Part shown: one piece after another, positions 48,344 through 58,433 of the stretch
Layout: every line of letters begins with the position of its first letter
How positions within the stretch are numbered: the first letter of the stretch is position 1
Assembly: GCA_964291405.2 (NCBI GenBank)
Contig: OZ219926.1
Coordinates: 1,952,001-2,016,000 of the forward strand
Source of the DNA: Thermodesulfobacteriota bacterium
GTDB taxonomy: Bacteria; Desulfobacterota; Binatia; Bin18
DNA: 64,000 nucleotides
Reading direction: 5' to 3'
The notes under the pieces: generated by a model
Databases searched by the model: none
What the model was told of the DNA's origin: nothing
The model's input: only the letters and a program-made list of their open reading frames with translations
Position numbers and translations under genes: made by a program

Positions 48344-49411
48344 CTATTGTGGCCGACCCACTCTCGGGATGCCGGCGATCATTTCGCTGGCCAGTTCCGT
48401 GCGGACGATCCGGGCTCCGTCTGCCAGGGCTTTCATTTTTCCGCGGGCCGCTCCGCGGCTGCGAGGGATCATACCACAGTCCGTACAAGGGTAGAGCTTG
48501 TCCGGCGCGACATAGGGAAGCGCGGCTCGAATGCGTTCCGCAACGGCTTCGGGAGTTTCGATCTCTTCTGTCCCCACATCAATAACCCCAACCATCAGGT
48601 CTTTTCCCTGGGCCAGTTCGAGGACGGACGGATCGACACCAGAGGCCGCACATTCGATCGAGATCATACCGATCGTACTGGTGCGAAGAAGAGGCAGAGT
48701 GCGGTGATAATGGTGCCAATCGGTATTCGTTGTCTTCCAGGCCAGGACCTGGGGAACGCCATAGCCGTAGCAGATGTGGACCGCAGCCTTTGCCTGGATT
48801 CCCTCGGCCGCGGCTTCGAGCGTGGCGATACCCCACTCCTCAACCGCATCGAGATAGATATTAAAGCAGGGTTCATCAAACTGAATGATGTCACAGCCGT
48901 TCTCGGCCAGTTCGCATGCCTCATCATTGAGGACGGCTGCTAAATCCGCGGCGAGCTGCCGCGGCTCTCCATAATACTCATCCGCCAGGGTATCCGCGGT
49001 GGTCATCGGACCCGGAAGGGTGACTTTCACCGCCTGGGTCGTGTGACGTTTGAGGAAGCGCAGCGCGTCAAGAAAAATAGAGCGTGGTCGTCGGATTGGG
49101 CCGGTGACACGGGCGACCGCGACCTTGGTTCCATACCGACCGCCGCGCGTTTCCTTTTGAACCATACGGCTGAAATCAATCCCGCTCAGTTCCTCGGTCA
49201 ATCCCCAGATATAATGTCGCCGGCGCTGTTCGCCGTCCGTGACAATATCCACTCCGGCGGCGTGCTGATCGAGCACGGCCAGACGCACGGCATCGTCCTG
49301 GCCCTCGGGTAATGTGTCGGTCGCAAGCCTTAGGGAGACAGATGAGATCTGGTTCTGCGGGGCGAGCCACGTCGGGCGCGGCAAACTGCCGGTAATCATT
49401 GTTTTCAGCAT
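48344..49411 (-). CDS. Cobalamin-independent methionine synthase II family (core catalytic domain only)
   Basis: GSLPRP, TDGEQRR, QFDEP, HICYG (Zn ligands) and TDCG motifs. Confidence 0.9.
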   Translation of the reverse strand: MLKTMITGSLPRPTWLAPQNQISSVSLRLATDTLPEGQDDAVRLAVLDQHAAGVDIVTDGEQRRRHYIWGLTEELSGIDFSRMVQKETRGGRYGTKVAVARVTGPIRRPRSIFLDALRFLKRHTTQAVKVTLPGPMTTADTLADEYYGEPRQLAADLAAVLNDEACELAENGCDIIQFDEPCFNIYLDAVEEWGIATLEAAAEGIQAKAAVHICYGYGVPQVLAWKTTNTDWHHYHRTLPLLRTSTIGMISIECAASGVDPSVLELAQGKDLMVGVIDVGTEEIETPEAVAERIRAALPYVAPDKLYPCTDCGMIPRSRGAARGKMKALADGARIVRTELASEMIAGIPRVGRPQ

Positions 49412-49525
49412 GGTAAATTCCTATATCCCCTTTTTCGATTCAGCGCCAAGCGCGGGACGCGTCCCTGGTTCCCCCGGAACGGTTTTGGTACAGTTCAGCG
49501 GAATACTGTGAGGAATGGAGCCACT

Positions 49526-50692
49526 ATGCGTCAACGCCTTCGCTTCGGTGCTTTTCTTGCCCCCCACCACCCGCTGGGGGAACATCCGACACTGCAATTT
49601 CAGCGTGACCTCGAACTAGCCGCGTTTCTGGATGATCTCCAGTTCGATGAGTTCTGGGTCGGGGAGCATCACTCGGCCGGCTGGGAAACCATCGGCTCAC
49701 CGGAAATGTTTCTGGTCGCCGCCGCGGAGCGTACCCAGCGCATCCGGCTGGGGACCGGAGTGATTTCCGTGCCGTATCACCATCCTTTTAATATCGCCCA
49801 GCGCATCGTTCACCTCGACCACCTGAGTCGTGGCCGGGCTATACTCGGCGTAGGCCCAGGAGCATTGCCATCGGACGCGGTGATGCTGGGCATAGACCCA
49901 AGCACGCAACGCGACCGGATGGATGAGGGGCTGGGTGTGGTCCTGCGTCTGCTGAACGAAGACGAGCCGATTACGGTGGAGAGCGACTGGTTCAGGCTGC
50001 ACGAAGCGGCCTTACAATTACGCCCGCTCCAGGATGAGATTCCCGTGGCCGTTGCCTCCTCGATCTCTCCGGCTGGTATGAAAGCGGCGGGCAAGTACGG
50101 CGTTGGCGTGCTGTCAATTGCATCGTATTTGGAAGAAGGGCTGACCGCGCTGCCAACGCAGTGGGGCTGGGGCCAAACCTCAGCCCGTGAGCACGGCCAA
50201 CGGCTCGACCGGGCGGACTGGCGTATTGTGATGCCCTTTCATTTGTCTTCCTCAAAGGAACAAGCCTACCGCGAGGTGGCCGACGGGCTTCAGCACTGGC
50301 AGAACGAGTATATTGTCGGCACCCTCGGCACGCCAAAACGCAAGCCGTTTGAGGATGGCTATCGGGCGGCGCGGAGCTTGGATGAACACGGCGGGGGTAT
50401 TTTCGGCACGCCCGAAGACGCGCTGGAAAAAATCACCCACCTCCAAGAACTCTCGGGTGGTTTCGGCACGCTGCTGTGCTTTGTCCACGACTGGACGCCG
50501 CCGGACCTGGCCCGCAAGAGCTATGAGCTCCTGGCGCGGCATGTGATGCCGCACACACAGGGATTGCTGCGGCGGCTGGAGACCTCGGCAGAGCGGGTGT
50601 CAGCCAACAAGAAGGAACTGATGGACAAGGCGGGCGGAGCGATTTTGAAGGCCATCCGCGAGTACAACGCCGCACATCCACGAGAGAAATAG
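49526..50692 (+). CDS. LLM-class flavin monooxygenase (limonene 1,2-monooxygenase-like)
   Basis: FGAFLAPHH, WVGEHHSAGWE.I.SPE and GVGPGALPSDA motifs. Confidence 0.85.
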   Translation: MRQRLRFGAFLAPHHPLGEHPTLQFQRDLELAAFLDDLQFDEFWVGEHHSAGWETIGSPEMFLVAAAERTQRIRLGTGVISVPYHHPFNIAQRIVHLDHLSRGRAILGVGPGALPSDAVMLGIDPSTQRDRMDEGLGVVLRLLNEDEPITVESDWFRLHEAALQLRPLQDEIPVAVASSISPAGMKAAGKYGVGVLSIASYLEEGLTALPTQWGWGQTSAREHGQRLDRADWRIVMPFHLSSSKEQAYREVADGLQHWQNEYIVGTLGTPKRKPFEDGYRAARSLDEHGGGIFGTPEDALEKITHLQELSGGFGTLLCFVHDWTPPDLARKSYELLARHVMPHTQGLLRRLETSAERVSANKKELMDKAGGAILKAIREYNAAHPREK

Positions 50693-50695
50693 GGC

Positions 50696-51478
50696 ATGGG
50701 TATTTTTTCTGGAAAAGTCACCGTCGTAACCGGCGCCAGCCGCGGCCTTGGCAAACCTATCGCGATTGAGCTGGCGGAGGCTGGCGCGCGGCTGGCCTGC
50801 GTGGCGACCCGGGCCGAAAACGCGGCAGAGACGGTTGCTGAGATCACAAGTCAGGGGGGAGAGGCGAGCGCCTTCGGCTGCCATGTCGAGCGGGCGGACG
50901 AGGTCACGCGCCTGTTTGCCGAGGTTGAGGAGCAGCTCGGACCGGTTGACATTCTGGTCAACAATGCCGGCATCACCCGTCCGCAGTTGACGCTGGAGAT
51001 GACCGAAGAGAACTGGGATCAGCATATGGACATCAACGTAAAGTCCATTTTCCTGTGCTCCCAGGCCGCGGCACGTCAAATGACGCAGCACGGCGGCGGC
51101 TGCATTATCAATATCGGTTCGATTTTAGGCCGCAACGCCTTTCCGGCCACGCTCGGGTACTGCACCTCGAAAGCCGCGGTAGATCACATGACCAGGGTCA
51201 TGGCGATCGAGTGGGCCAGGTATGGCATTCGTGTGAACTGTGTCGCGCCGGGCTATATCGAGTCGGACATGATCGAGGGTCTTGAGGCTGACGGCAAGCT
51301 GACCGCGATCGATTTAATCAAGCGCACACCTCAACGGCGGCTGGGCTCGAATGCGGACATTGCCAAAGCCGTGCGTTTTGTCGCCAGCGAGGACGCCGGT
51401 TTCATGACCGGCGAGATCATGGTTATCGACGGCGGCTGGAGCGCCTTCGGATATTACCAGACCAGAGGGGGGAAATAG
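50696..51478 (+). CDS. Short-chain dehydrogenase/reductase
   Basis: TGASRGLG, NNAG and YCTSK motifs. Confidence 0.93.
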   Translation: MGIFSGKVTVVTGASRGLGKPIAIELAEAGARLACVATRAENAAETVAEITSQGGEASAFGCHVERADEVTRLFAEVEEQLGPVDILVNNAGITRPQLTLEMTEENWDQHMDINVKSIFLCSQAAARQMTQHGGGCIINIGSILGRNAFPATLGYCTSKAAVDHMTRVMAIEWARYGIRVNCVAPGYIESDMIEGLEADGKLTAIDLIKRTPQRRLGSNADIAKAVRFVASEDAGFMTGEIMVIDGGWSAFGYYQTRGGK

Positions 51479-51570
51479 TCGGGTGCCGTCTCGCCGAGGT
51501 CCTCGACACAGTCAAACGGGCAGCACAGAGTGATCCGCTGGTTGCGCGCGACACCGGAGAAGACGCCCCC

Positions 51571-52797
51571 TCAATCCGTCATGGCCACCACTTCTATCTC
51601 GATCTCCATCTTTTCGTAGGCCAGGCACGGCAGCGGGATGCCCGTCGTGGCGGGCCCGGGTTCGGTGAAACTGGACGAGCGGATACTTAAGTTGTCGTGC
51701 AGGACCTCGGCCGACGCATTGCCCGCGTAGAACGCCGTCACCTTGACGACGTCGTCCAGCCCGAGGCCGAACTCGCCGAGCACCTTGGCGATGTTCGCCA
51801 TGCTGGTGCGCGTCTGCGTGACGAGGTCGCCAGGATCGATGACCGCGCCGTGAGAATCGATCGATACCTGACCGCCAACGTAGATCATGTTCCCGCACTT
51901 GACGCCGTGCTTATAGGGAAGGTGCACCGGCCAGTCCCAATGCCCTGTCGGCCACGCGTGCCGGCGCGGCAGAGGGCTGCTGTCCTCACCCAGCAGGGCC
52001 GTCACTTCGACGGAGATCATCAATCCATCGCGAAAGAGCGCCGGGATGGGAATGCCGGTCGCCGCAGGACCGGGTTCCGCAAAGTAACTCGCGACCGCCA
52101 GCGCCGATCCCTCCCATTCTGCGGCCGTGCCACCGGCGACGTAGTACCGGTTGACCTTGACGACGTCGTTGTAACCGGCCCCGAGGTCACTGAGCAGCCC
52201 GCCGATACGCTCCGCAACCAGGCGGCTCTGGGCGACGAGATCGCCGGCCTCGACGACGCCGCCATCGGCATCGAGTGCCGTTTGTCCGCCGACGAACAGC
52301 ATGCGGCCGCATCGTAAGGCGTGACTGAACGGCGCGGGCAGGGGCGCCGGTATGCCGGCGTTGGACGCCGTTCGCGCCGGACGCGCACCGTCGGCGCCGC
52401 GCATCGCCACGCCCTCGATCTCGACGACCATGTCCTCATAAGCGAGCGCCGGCAATGGAACGAGGGAGATCACCGGTCCCGGCCCCTCGCCGAGCGCCGC
52501 CGCGACTTCCGCGAGCAGACGATCCCGGTCCTCGTCGCGCTCGTGAACGTAGAAACAGATGAGCTTGACGAGATCGACCATGTCCGCGTCGAGCTCGGCC
52601 AGAATGACGCGGATGTACGCCATCGCGGCCCGGGTCTGCGCGGTGAGGTCACCCGGATTGCGGACGTTGCCCGCGGAGTCGAGATCGACCTGGCCGCCGA
52701 AGAAGATCATCTCGCCGCACCGCACCCCGTGCTTATGCGTCACGTGTATGGGCCAGTCCCAGTGCCCGTCGGGCCAGGTATAGCGTCGTGCAGCCAT
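51571..52797 (-). CDS. Rid (YjgF/RidA) family protein with three tandem domains
   Basis: Three GGQ..D..G...GDL..Q....VK...P.L....EIE units. Domains 1 and 3 share WPxGHWDWPxH. Confidence 0.85.
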   Translation of the reverse strand: MAARRYTWPDGHWDWPIHVTHKHGVRCGEMIFFGGQVDLDSAGNVRNPGDLTAQTRAAMAYIRVILAELDADMVDLVKLICFYVHERDEDRDRLLAEVAAALGEGPGPVISLVPLPALAYEDMVVEIEGVAMRGADGARPARTASNAGIPAPLPAPFSHALRCGRMLFVGGQTALDADGGVVEAGDLVAQSRLVAERIGGLLSDLGAGYNDVVKVNRYYVAGGTAAEWEGSALAVASYFAEPGPAATGIPIPALFRDGLMISVEVTALLGEDSSPLPRRHAWPTGHWDWPVHLPYKHGVKCGNMIYVGGQVSIDSHGAVIDPGDLVTQTRTSMANIAKVLGEFGLGLDDVVKVTAFYAGNASAEVLHDNLSIRSSSFTEPGPATTGIPLPCLAYEKMEIEIEVVAMTD

Positions 52798-52825
52798 CAG
52801 TTACTCCTTCCTTTAAGGATAATCC

Positions 52826-54784
52826 TCACGCCTCGTACGCGGCAAGAAACCCCGGCCAGATACAACTGCGCAGGTTGCCGAGCCGCACGCAATCGCCGAC
52901 GAAGCGCGACGCGGGGGCGAGCTCTTGCGCAACACCGTCGAATTCTCTGTCGGGCCGGAAACCCCAGGCCGGCACGACGGTGTCAGCTTCGAGATCGATG
53001 ATCTGGCCGTCGTCGCCGGTGAACCGGGCGCCCTCCTCCGTGATCTCGGCGATGCGGTGGTTGCCCTTAATCTCGACGCCGTTGCCGATCAGCATGTCCA
53101 TGAACACTTTGCGGCTGAAGGGCTCGAGATCGGGAATGAGATCGTCGGCGGCTTCCTTGACGGTGGTCAGCACGACCTTTTTGCCGAGGCGGGCGAGGTA
53201 GACCGAGATGTCGCAGCCCAGCCAGCCGCCACCGACGACAATGACGCGGTCGCCCGCCGTCGCCTTCTCTTCCAGCAGGTCGACGGGAAAGGATACATGC
53301 GGCAGACCGACACCGGTGACGTCGCGAAACTTCGATTGCACGCCGCAGGCTACGATCAGCAGGTCCGGGTTCAACGGGCGGATCAGCTCGGGTGTCGCCT
53401 CTGTCTCCATGCGGATATCGACGTCCAGGCGTGTGACCTCGTAGGCCATGTGATCCATCAGCGCGCGCAGGTCGTCCTTGAAACCGAGCTGCGCGGCTAT
53501 TTGAAGCTGGCCGCCCAATCGATCGGTCTTTTCGAACAGCGTGACCTCGTGTCCCCGCAGGCAGGCGACGCGCGCTACCTCCATGCCGGCAGCGCCGCCG
53601 CCGAGCACGACCACGCGACGCCGTGTATCGGCGGCGCGCATCGGGTAGGTGCTTTCGCGTCCGCACTGGAAATTCACGTCACAGCGTTGCGGGCGCCCCA
53701 GCATCTCGCCGTTCAGGCAACTCTCGTTGCAGCGAATGCACGGCCGGACGGCCCTGACGTCACCCGTTGCGGCGTGGTTGGGGATCTCGGGGTCGGTCAG
53801 AAAACCGCGGCCGATAGCGACGATGTCGGCTTTTCCGTCGCGCACCACCTCCGCCGCCATCGGAACGTCGATCGCGCCTACGGTGATGATCGGCAGGGTC
53901 GCGACGTGCTTGACCGCATCGGCGAGATGCACGAGGTTGCCGCGCGGCGCGTAAATAGGCGCGCAGCACTCCTCCCAGCTCTCTCCGATCGACCCCGACA
54001 CGTGATGCGCATTAATGCCTTCCGCCTCCAGCATCAGGGCGAACTCGCGGGCTTCTTCTATGGCGAACGCCTCGGGCGAGAAGTCGTCGCCGTTGTACCG
54101 ATAGATGATCGGGAAATCGGGACCGACCAGCGCGCGGGAACGGCGTACGATCTCGAGCGAAAAGCGCGCCCGATTCTCGAGCGATCCGCCCCACTCATCG
54201 GTGCGCTTATTGCCGTAAGGCGACAGAAACGTACCGGGCAGGTAGCCGTGCGCGCCATGAATCTCGACCGCCTCGAAACCGGCGTTCTTGGCGCGCCGCG
54301 CGGCTTCGGCAAATTTGTCGAGCACTTCCTCGATTTCGTCCGGTGTGATCTCCCGGACTTGATAGTGATCACCGTAGAGCGCTGCGTAGACCTTGTCCGG
54401 AACTGCGGACGGCGACAGACAGGGTTGCGCATACGAACTCTGACGGCCGGCATGCGCGAGCTGCAGGCACGCACGCGCGCCGTTGAGGGTAATGGTCTCG
54501 GCGAGCAGGCTCAGACCCACCAGATAGCGATCGCTGCTCGCGCTCAGCATGCCCCATTCCGCCGACGAGGACTTTTCGTCGACGTGGGCGAACTCGATGA
54601 TGAGCATGCTGGCGCCGCCTTTCGCGCGCACCGCGTAGTGATCGATCAATGCCTGCGTGACCTCCCCGTCCGCCGTCGGCAAACGCGAGCACATCGGCGC
54701 CATCACGATCCGGTTCTTGAGATTCAACTTGCCGATCTTGATGGGCTGGAACAGCGGTGAGAGATCAGCGTTGGACATGGGCAT
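52826..54784 (-). CDS. NADH:flavin oxidoreductase (OYE/FadH/BaiCD-like, FMN + 4Fe-4S + FAD)
   Basis: LKNRIVMAPM, EIHGAHGYL, NKRTDEWGGSLENR, CIRCNESC and GGGAAG motifs. Confidence 0.93.
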   Translation of the reverse strand: MPMSNADLSPLFQPIKIGKLNLKNRIVMAPMCSRLPTADGEVTQALIDHYAVRAKGGASMLIIEFAHVDEKSSSAEWGMLSASSDRYLVGLSLLAETITLNGARACLQLAHAGRQSSYAQPCLSPSAVPDKVYAALYGDHYQVREITPDEIEEVLDKFAEAARRAKNAGFEAVEIHGAHGYLPGTFLSPYGNKRTDEWGGSLENRARFSLEIVRRSRALVGPDFPIIYRYNGDDFSPEAFAIEEAREFALMLEAEGINAHHVSGSIGESWEECCAPIYAPRGNLVHLADAVKHVATLPIITVGAIDVPMAAEVVRDGKADIVAIGRGFLTDPEIPNHAATGDVRAVRPCIRCNESCLNGEMLGRPQRCDVNFQCGRESTYPMRAADTRRRVVVLGGGAAGMEVARVACLRGHEVTLFEKTDRLGGQLQIAAQLGFKDDLRALMDHMAYEVTRLDVDIRMETEATPELIRPLNPDLLIVACGVQSKFRDVTGVGLPHVSFPVDLLEEKATAGDRVIVVGGGWLGCDISVYLARLGKKVVLTTVKEAADDLIPDLEPFSRKVFMDMLIGNGVEIKGNHRIAEITEEGARFTGDDGQIIDLEADTVVPAWGFRPDREFDGVAQELAPASRFVGDCVRLGNLRSCIWPGFLAAYEA

Positions 54785-54935
54785 CCCCTCCTCGTCGTCA
54801 AAGTCGGGTCCGCAGAATACCGATAGGTGATCGGCGCTGAGTATAGACCGGTACGATTGTTTTTCTCAAGCGTACGTGGCTAAATGCAGGGTGTCGTAGG
54901 CTAAAATACGGACGGCAACACGAGAGGAGGGCAGT

Positions 54936-56474
54936 ATGGCAGACGAGACGGTCCAGACCGAGCTGTCCGAACGGGCGCGCGGCTGGCTCAAATACCTGTA
55001 CCGCAAGGCCATGGTGGATGACGACTGGTCCAAAGACGGTCGGCCATCTGACATGTGGGACGATAAAAGCCTCCCCCCCATGGGGAATTTTCATCGTTTC
55101 GACGCCGTAGATTCATCCTACGCGGTCGCCCTGATGAGCGACATCACGCCGGCCTGGCGCGAGGTGTACGGTAAGATTCTGGAAAGCCTGGTTGACCGCA
55201 TTACCGACTACTGGGGGACCTATGACTGGTCCGAGCAGATCGGCCCCGACCCGCAGCGCGAGCACTATCCGGACGAATTTTTCCCCCTGCTCATTCCCAA
55301 CGAGCTGCGCGGGAAATATGACACGCCGGGCTGGGCCGCAAACGGGATTGAGCCGTGGGGCTATGAGCCTGACCCGATCAAGGCCGCCGGGGCGATTTAC
55401 TACAAAGGCTTTCTGTCGTTGACCATGGGCCTCCATCTGTATGTGTCGGGTGACAAAAAATATAACGACGGCTTCAGCGTCGTGAATAACGGCGAGCACA
55501 CCTTTCACTACACCCACACCAGCATGAATGAGTACATCAGCGATCAGTGGTGTGGCAGACCCGAAGGCTCGCATTGAGAGAACACCAAAGTGTGGCCGCT
55601 GTGACTCACGGTCACCAGCCTCGGTCTGAGGCTTTACGACATCTTCTACAACGGCAACACGTTCCGCGCGTTTGAGCAGTGGTACGAGTACGCCAAGAAA
55701 AACTATATTGCCCCGTCCGAAGACCCGCTCCTGCCCGAGTGGGTGACCATCTATTACGACCCGTTGATTGATTACAACAACACCCTACCCGCCGTCTTTA
55801 GCTGGATTATGTGGGGGTTTTACCTGTTGCCGAGTGACCGGGCCATGGCCACCCGCTTTTATGAGACCGTCAAGCGGGACTATCTGGTCGAAAAGCCGGA
55901 CGGTACGGCGTATATAACCTTCGCGCCCGGTGCGACCGAAGATCATCCGTATATGACGGTCCGGGCCTTGAGTCTGGCCCAGGATCTGGGTGACACGGAG
56001 ACGGCCAGGAAAATACGTGCCCATGCCGAGGCCAACTACGAGCCAACCTGGGATCGGGACACGGGCGAGTTCTATTATGGCTTTGGCTTGAACGAGCCCT
56101 ATCCGCGCGGGCAGTATAACGCCAATCTAATGGTGGCCGAGGTCGGCGGCCCAGGTGCGTGGTCGCGCATCTATACCGAGCCGAACCTGGAGAAGTTCGA
56201 CCAGCCGACTGTGTACGGAGTGGACTTTCCAAACATGGGTTTGTCGCAGGCGTATTACGACCAAGAGAAGAAGACCCTGGTCTTGCGGACCTATACGGCT
56301 GACCCGGCCGCCCAGGGACGACCGACCAGCTTCCGCGTCAAGAACCTGGAGCAGCCGGGTACCTGTCGGGTGCTCATGGATGGTCAGGTGTGGGACAACT
56401 GGAGCGTGCGGGACGGCGAGATTGAGGTCTCGACCGAGATCGGCACACACGCGTTCCGGATTATTGAAACGTGA
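54936..56474 (+). CDS. Linalool dehydratase/isomerase-like protein with two in-frame TGA codons (probable Sec214 and Sec223), 512 aa
   Basis: ORFs 54936-55577 and 55743-56474 are in frame. Read-through gives RPEGSH-U-ENTKVWPL-U-LTVTSLGLRLYDIF, matching the spacing of the LinD C-x8-C motif. TPAWRE and DPI...IYYKG also fit. Confidence 0.8.
55592..55615 (+). promoter_or_regulatory. SECIS-like hairpin after the first UGA (encloses the second UGA)
   Basis: GTGGCCG...CGGTCAC 7-bp stem with one G-U pair, 14 nt after TGA 55575-55577. Confidence 0.5.
55617..55633 (+). promoter_or_regulatory. SECIS-like hairpin after the second UGA
   Basis: AGCCTC-GGTCT-GAGGCT, 12 nt after TGA 55602-55604. The GGUCU apex resembles the E. 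coli fdhF SECIS. Confidence 0.72.
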
Positions 56475-56504
56475 GAGCGTGTGCTCTCCGAAGGAGTAAA
56501 TGCC

Positions 56505-57224
56505 ATGACCACAGCGGATTGGAACAGCTTAGCCGAGCGCCTCACCAAGGTGCTACGCCCGGTGGCCGCGCCGCTGGCGATTACCTTTAGCCCGACCCGA
56601 CCGGAAAACATCCCGGCCTTTGACGAGCCGCTGGCCAAACCGACGCTGGATGGGCGGACCGGGCGGGTGCCCGCCGGCTGTGTGTTCTGGATCAAGGCCG
56701 GGGAGCGCACCTTCAGTACAGTTGCCGAAGACCACGGCAACTGTAGCGTGGGCAGTCTCACCCACGGTTTCAAAACCTTGGAAGAGGCCGCACAAGGCAA
56801 AGACGTGGCGACCTTGCTGGACAGCGGCTGGGTGGCGGAGGAGGTTTTCCCCCATATTCCAACGGTAGCGGACAAGCCTGGGGCCGTTACCTATGGGCCG
56901 CTGGCGGAAACGCCGTTTGATCCCGACGTTGTGCTGCTCCGTATCAACCCGCACGCCGCCATGGTGCTCTCGGACGCCCTGCCCGATCTCAAGATCGAGG
57001 GCAAACCGCAGTGTCATATCGTGGCCATGGCGAAAGACGGCCAGGTCGCCGTGAGTGTTGGCTGCGCGCTGAGTCGGGCGCGCACCGGCATGCAGGCCAC
57101 CGAGATGACGTGTGCCATTTCCGCCCGACGTCTGGCCGAGGTCCTCGACAAGGTGGAACGGACATCACAGATTGACACGATGGTTGCGCGCTACGCCGGA
57201 GAAGACGCCCGCCGCTTTCAGTAA
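56505..57224 (+). CDS. DUF169 domain protein
   Basis: P.GCVFW, HGNCSVG, YGPLAETPFDPDVV, PQC and SVGCALSR motifs. Confidence 0.85.
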   Translation: MTTADWNSLAERLTKVLRPVAAPLAITFSPTRPENIPAFDEPLAKPTLDGRTGRVPAGCVFWIKAGERTFSTVAEDHGNCSVGSLTHGFKTLEEAAQGKDVATLLDSGWVAEEVFPHIPTVADKPGAVTYGPLAETPFDPDVVLLRINPHAAMVLSDALPDLKIEGKPQCHIVAMAKDGQVAVSVGCALSRARTGMQATEMTCAISARRLAEVLDKVERTSQIDTMVARYAGEDARRFQ

Positions 57225-57284
57225 GCGGCCGATGTGTCAACTGAGGTAACCTCGGTAAGCGCGTCGCGAGTTTTCCGAATTACT

Positions 57285-58232
57285 TCAGCGGATCGCGACG
57301 GGATTCACAATCGTCTGCACCGCCCCGGCCATGCGCGGCGTGCCGAGCACGAACATGAACTCGTAGGCCGCATCTGCGGCTAGCGCGGCCGTGTCCATGT
57401 TCTCGAGGATGTAGGTGCCGTTCTTGACCAATAGCTCCTGGTGGACCGGAAAGCGCTCGGCCTCCTTCTCGAACGGAATGGCCTCCAGCGCCCAGGTGTC
57501 CGCCCCGACCGCCACGACACCCTTCCCGGCCAGGTAGCGCGCACCCTCGACGCCAATGCCCGGTTCGGGAAAGCCAATCTTCGGCTCGCCCTCACCCATC
57601 TGCGCGAATTGCTTCAGCCAGCCGGTGTGGAACAACACCACGTCGCCTTCGCGGATTTCTATACCCTGTCTCTGCGCGACCTCGTCGATCTCCTTGCTGT
57701 TGAAGGCCGTACCGTTGGGCACGATATCAACCTCATAGTATTTCGTCATATCCAGCAGCACGCCGCGCGCCACGATGGGTGGGATGTTCTCCACGCCGAA
57801 CTTCTTGATGCCCGTGAGCGAGAGGAAGTCCTGCGTCTTCCAGCCGTTGTAATGCACGTGATCGATGCCGACGTGGCCGAACCCGTCGATCTGGCTGCCG
57901 ACCCCCAGCCAGGTAACGGCCAAGTCGTCGGTGGTGGTAAGCTCGTTCGGTCCCCCCAGCACGGTATCCCAGACGTACACCTTGTAGTGGCGGGGCGGAT
58001 AGGCCGGCGTATCGGGGCCGGTCACCATCCCGAGCGCGTACGTCTTGCCGGTTTTGACCAGACTGGCCGCGAGCTTCACGCGTTCAGGCGTGATGTAGTT
58101 CGCGCTTCCGATCTCATCCTCCGGCCCCCACTTCGATTGCGTCCATTCTTGTCCGGCGGCCGGATAACCCCACACGAGAACGGTCGCCAGCAGTGCTCCG
58201 AACAATACCTGTCGAGATTGTCGCTTGCTCAT
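57285..58232 (-). CDS. Cyclase family protein with signal peptide
   Basis: WGPEDEIGSAN, GSQIDGFGH, GDVVLFHTGW, VGADTW and VHQ.LL motifs. Confidence 0.9.
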   Translation of the reverse strand: MSKRQSRQVLFGALLATVLVWGYPAAGQEWTQSKWGPEDEIGSANYITPERVKLAASLVKTGKTYALGMVTGPDTPAYPPRHYKVYVWDTVLGGPNELTTTDDLAVTWLGVGSQIDGFGHVGIDHVHYNGWKTQDFLSLTGIKKFGVENIPPIVARGVLLDMTKYYEVDIVPNGTAFNSKEIDEVAQRQGIEIREGDVVLFHTGWLKQFAQMGEGEPKIGFPEPGIGVEGARYLAGKGVVAVGADTWALEAIPFEKEAERFPVHQELLVKNGTYILENMDTAALAADAAYEFMFVLGTPRMAGAVQTIVNPVAIR

Positions 58233-58433
58233 ACACTCACTCCTCTATGCAACCTACTATACGACGCATCCTGAATGTAAAGCGTAAACTGCTCTTCGAT
58301 CTTGCAGGGTAGTTTTCAGCGTCCGCGTGACAGCGGATCGCCAGCTATCTTTCTTTTTTCACCTGCGCTATGCTGCCGGACCTTTGAAGACAAGCGTTAG
58401 AAGATTGCTACGACCCGAAGGAGGATACACAGC

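Noticed and set aside
52925-54760. 611-aa plus-strand ORF, and similar long antisense ORFs at 14092-15117, 26716-27837, 31310-32554 and 35891-37402
   Set aside because: These are shadow frames opposite well-supported genes in high-GC DNA, with no recognisable motifs.
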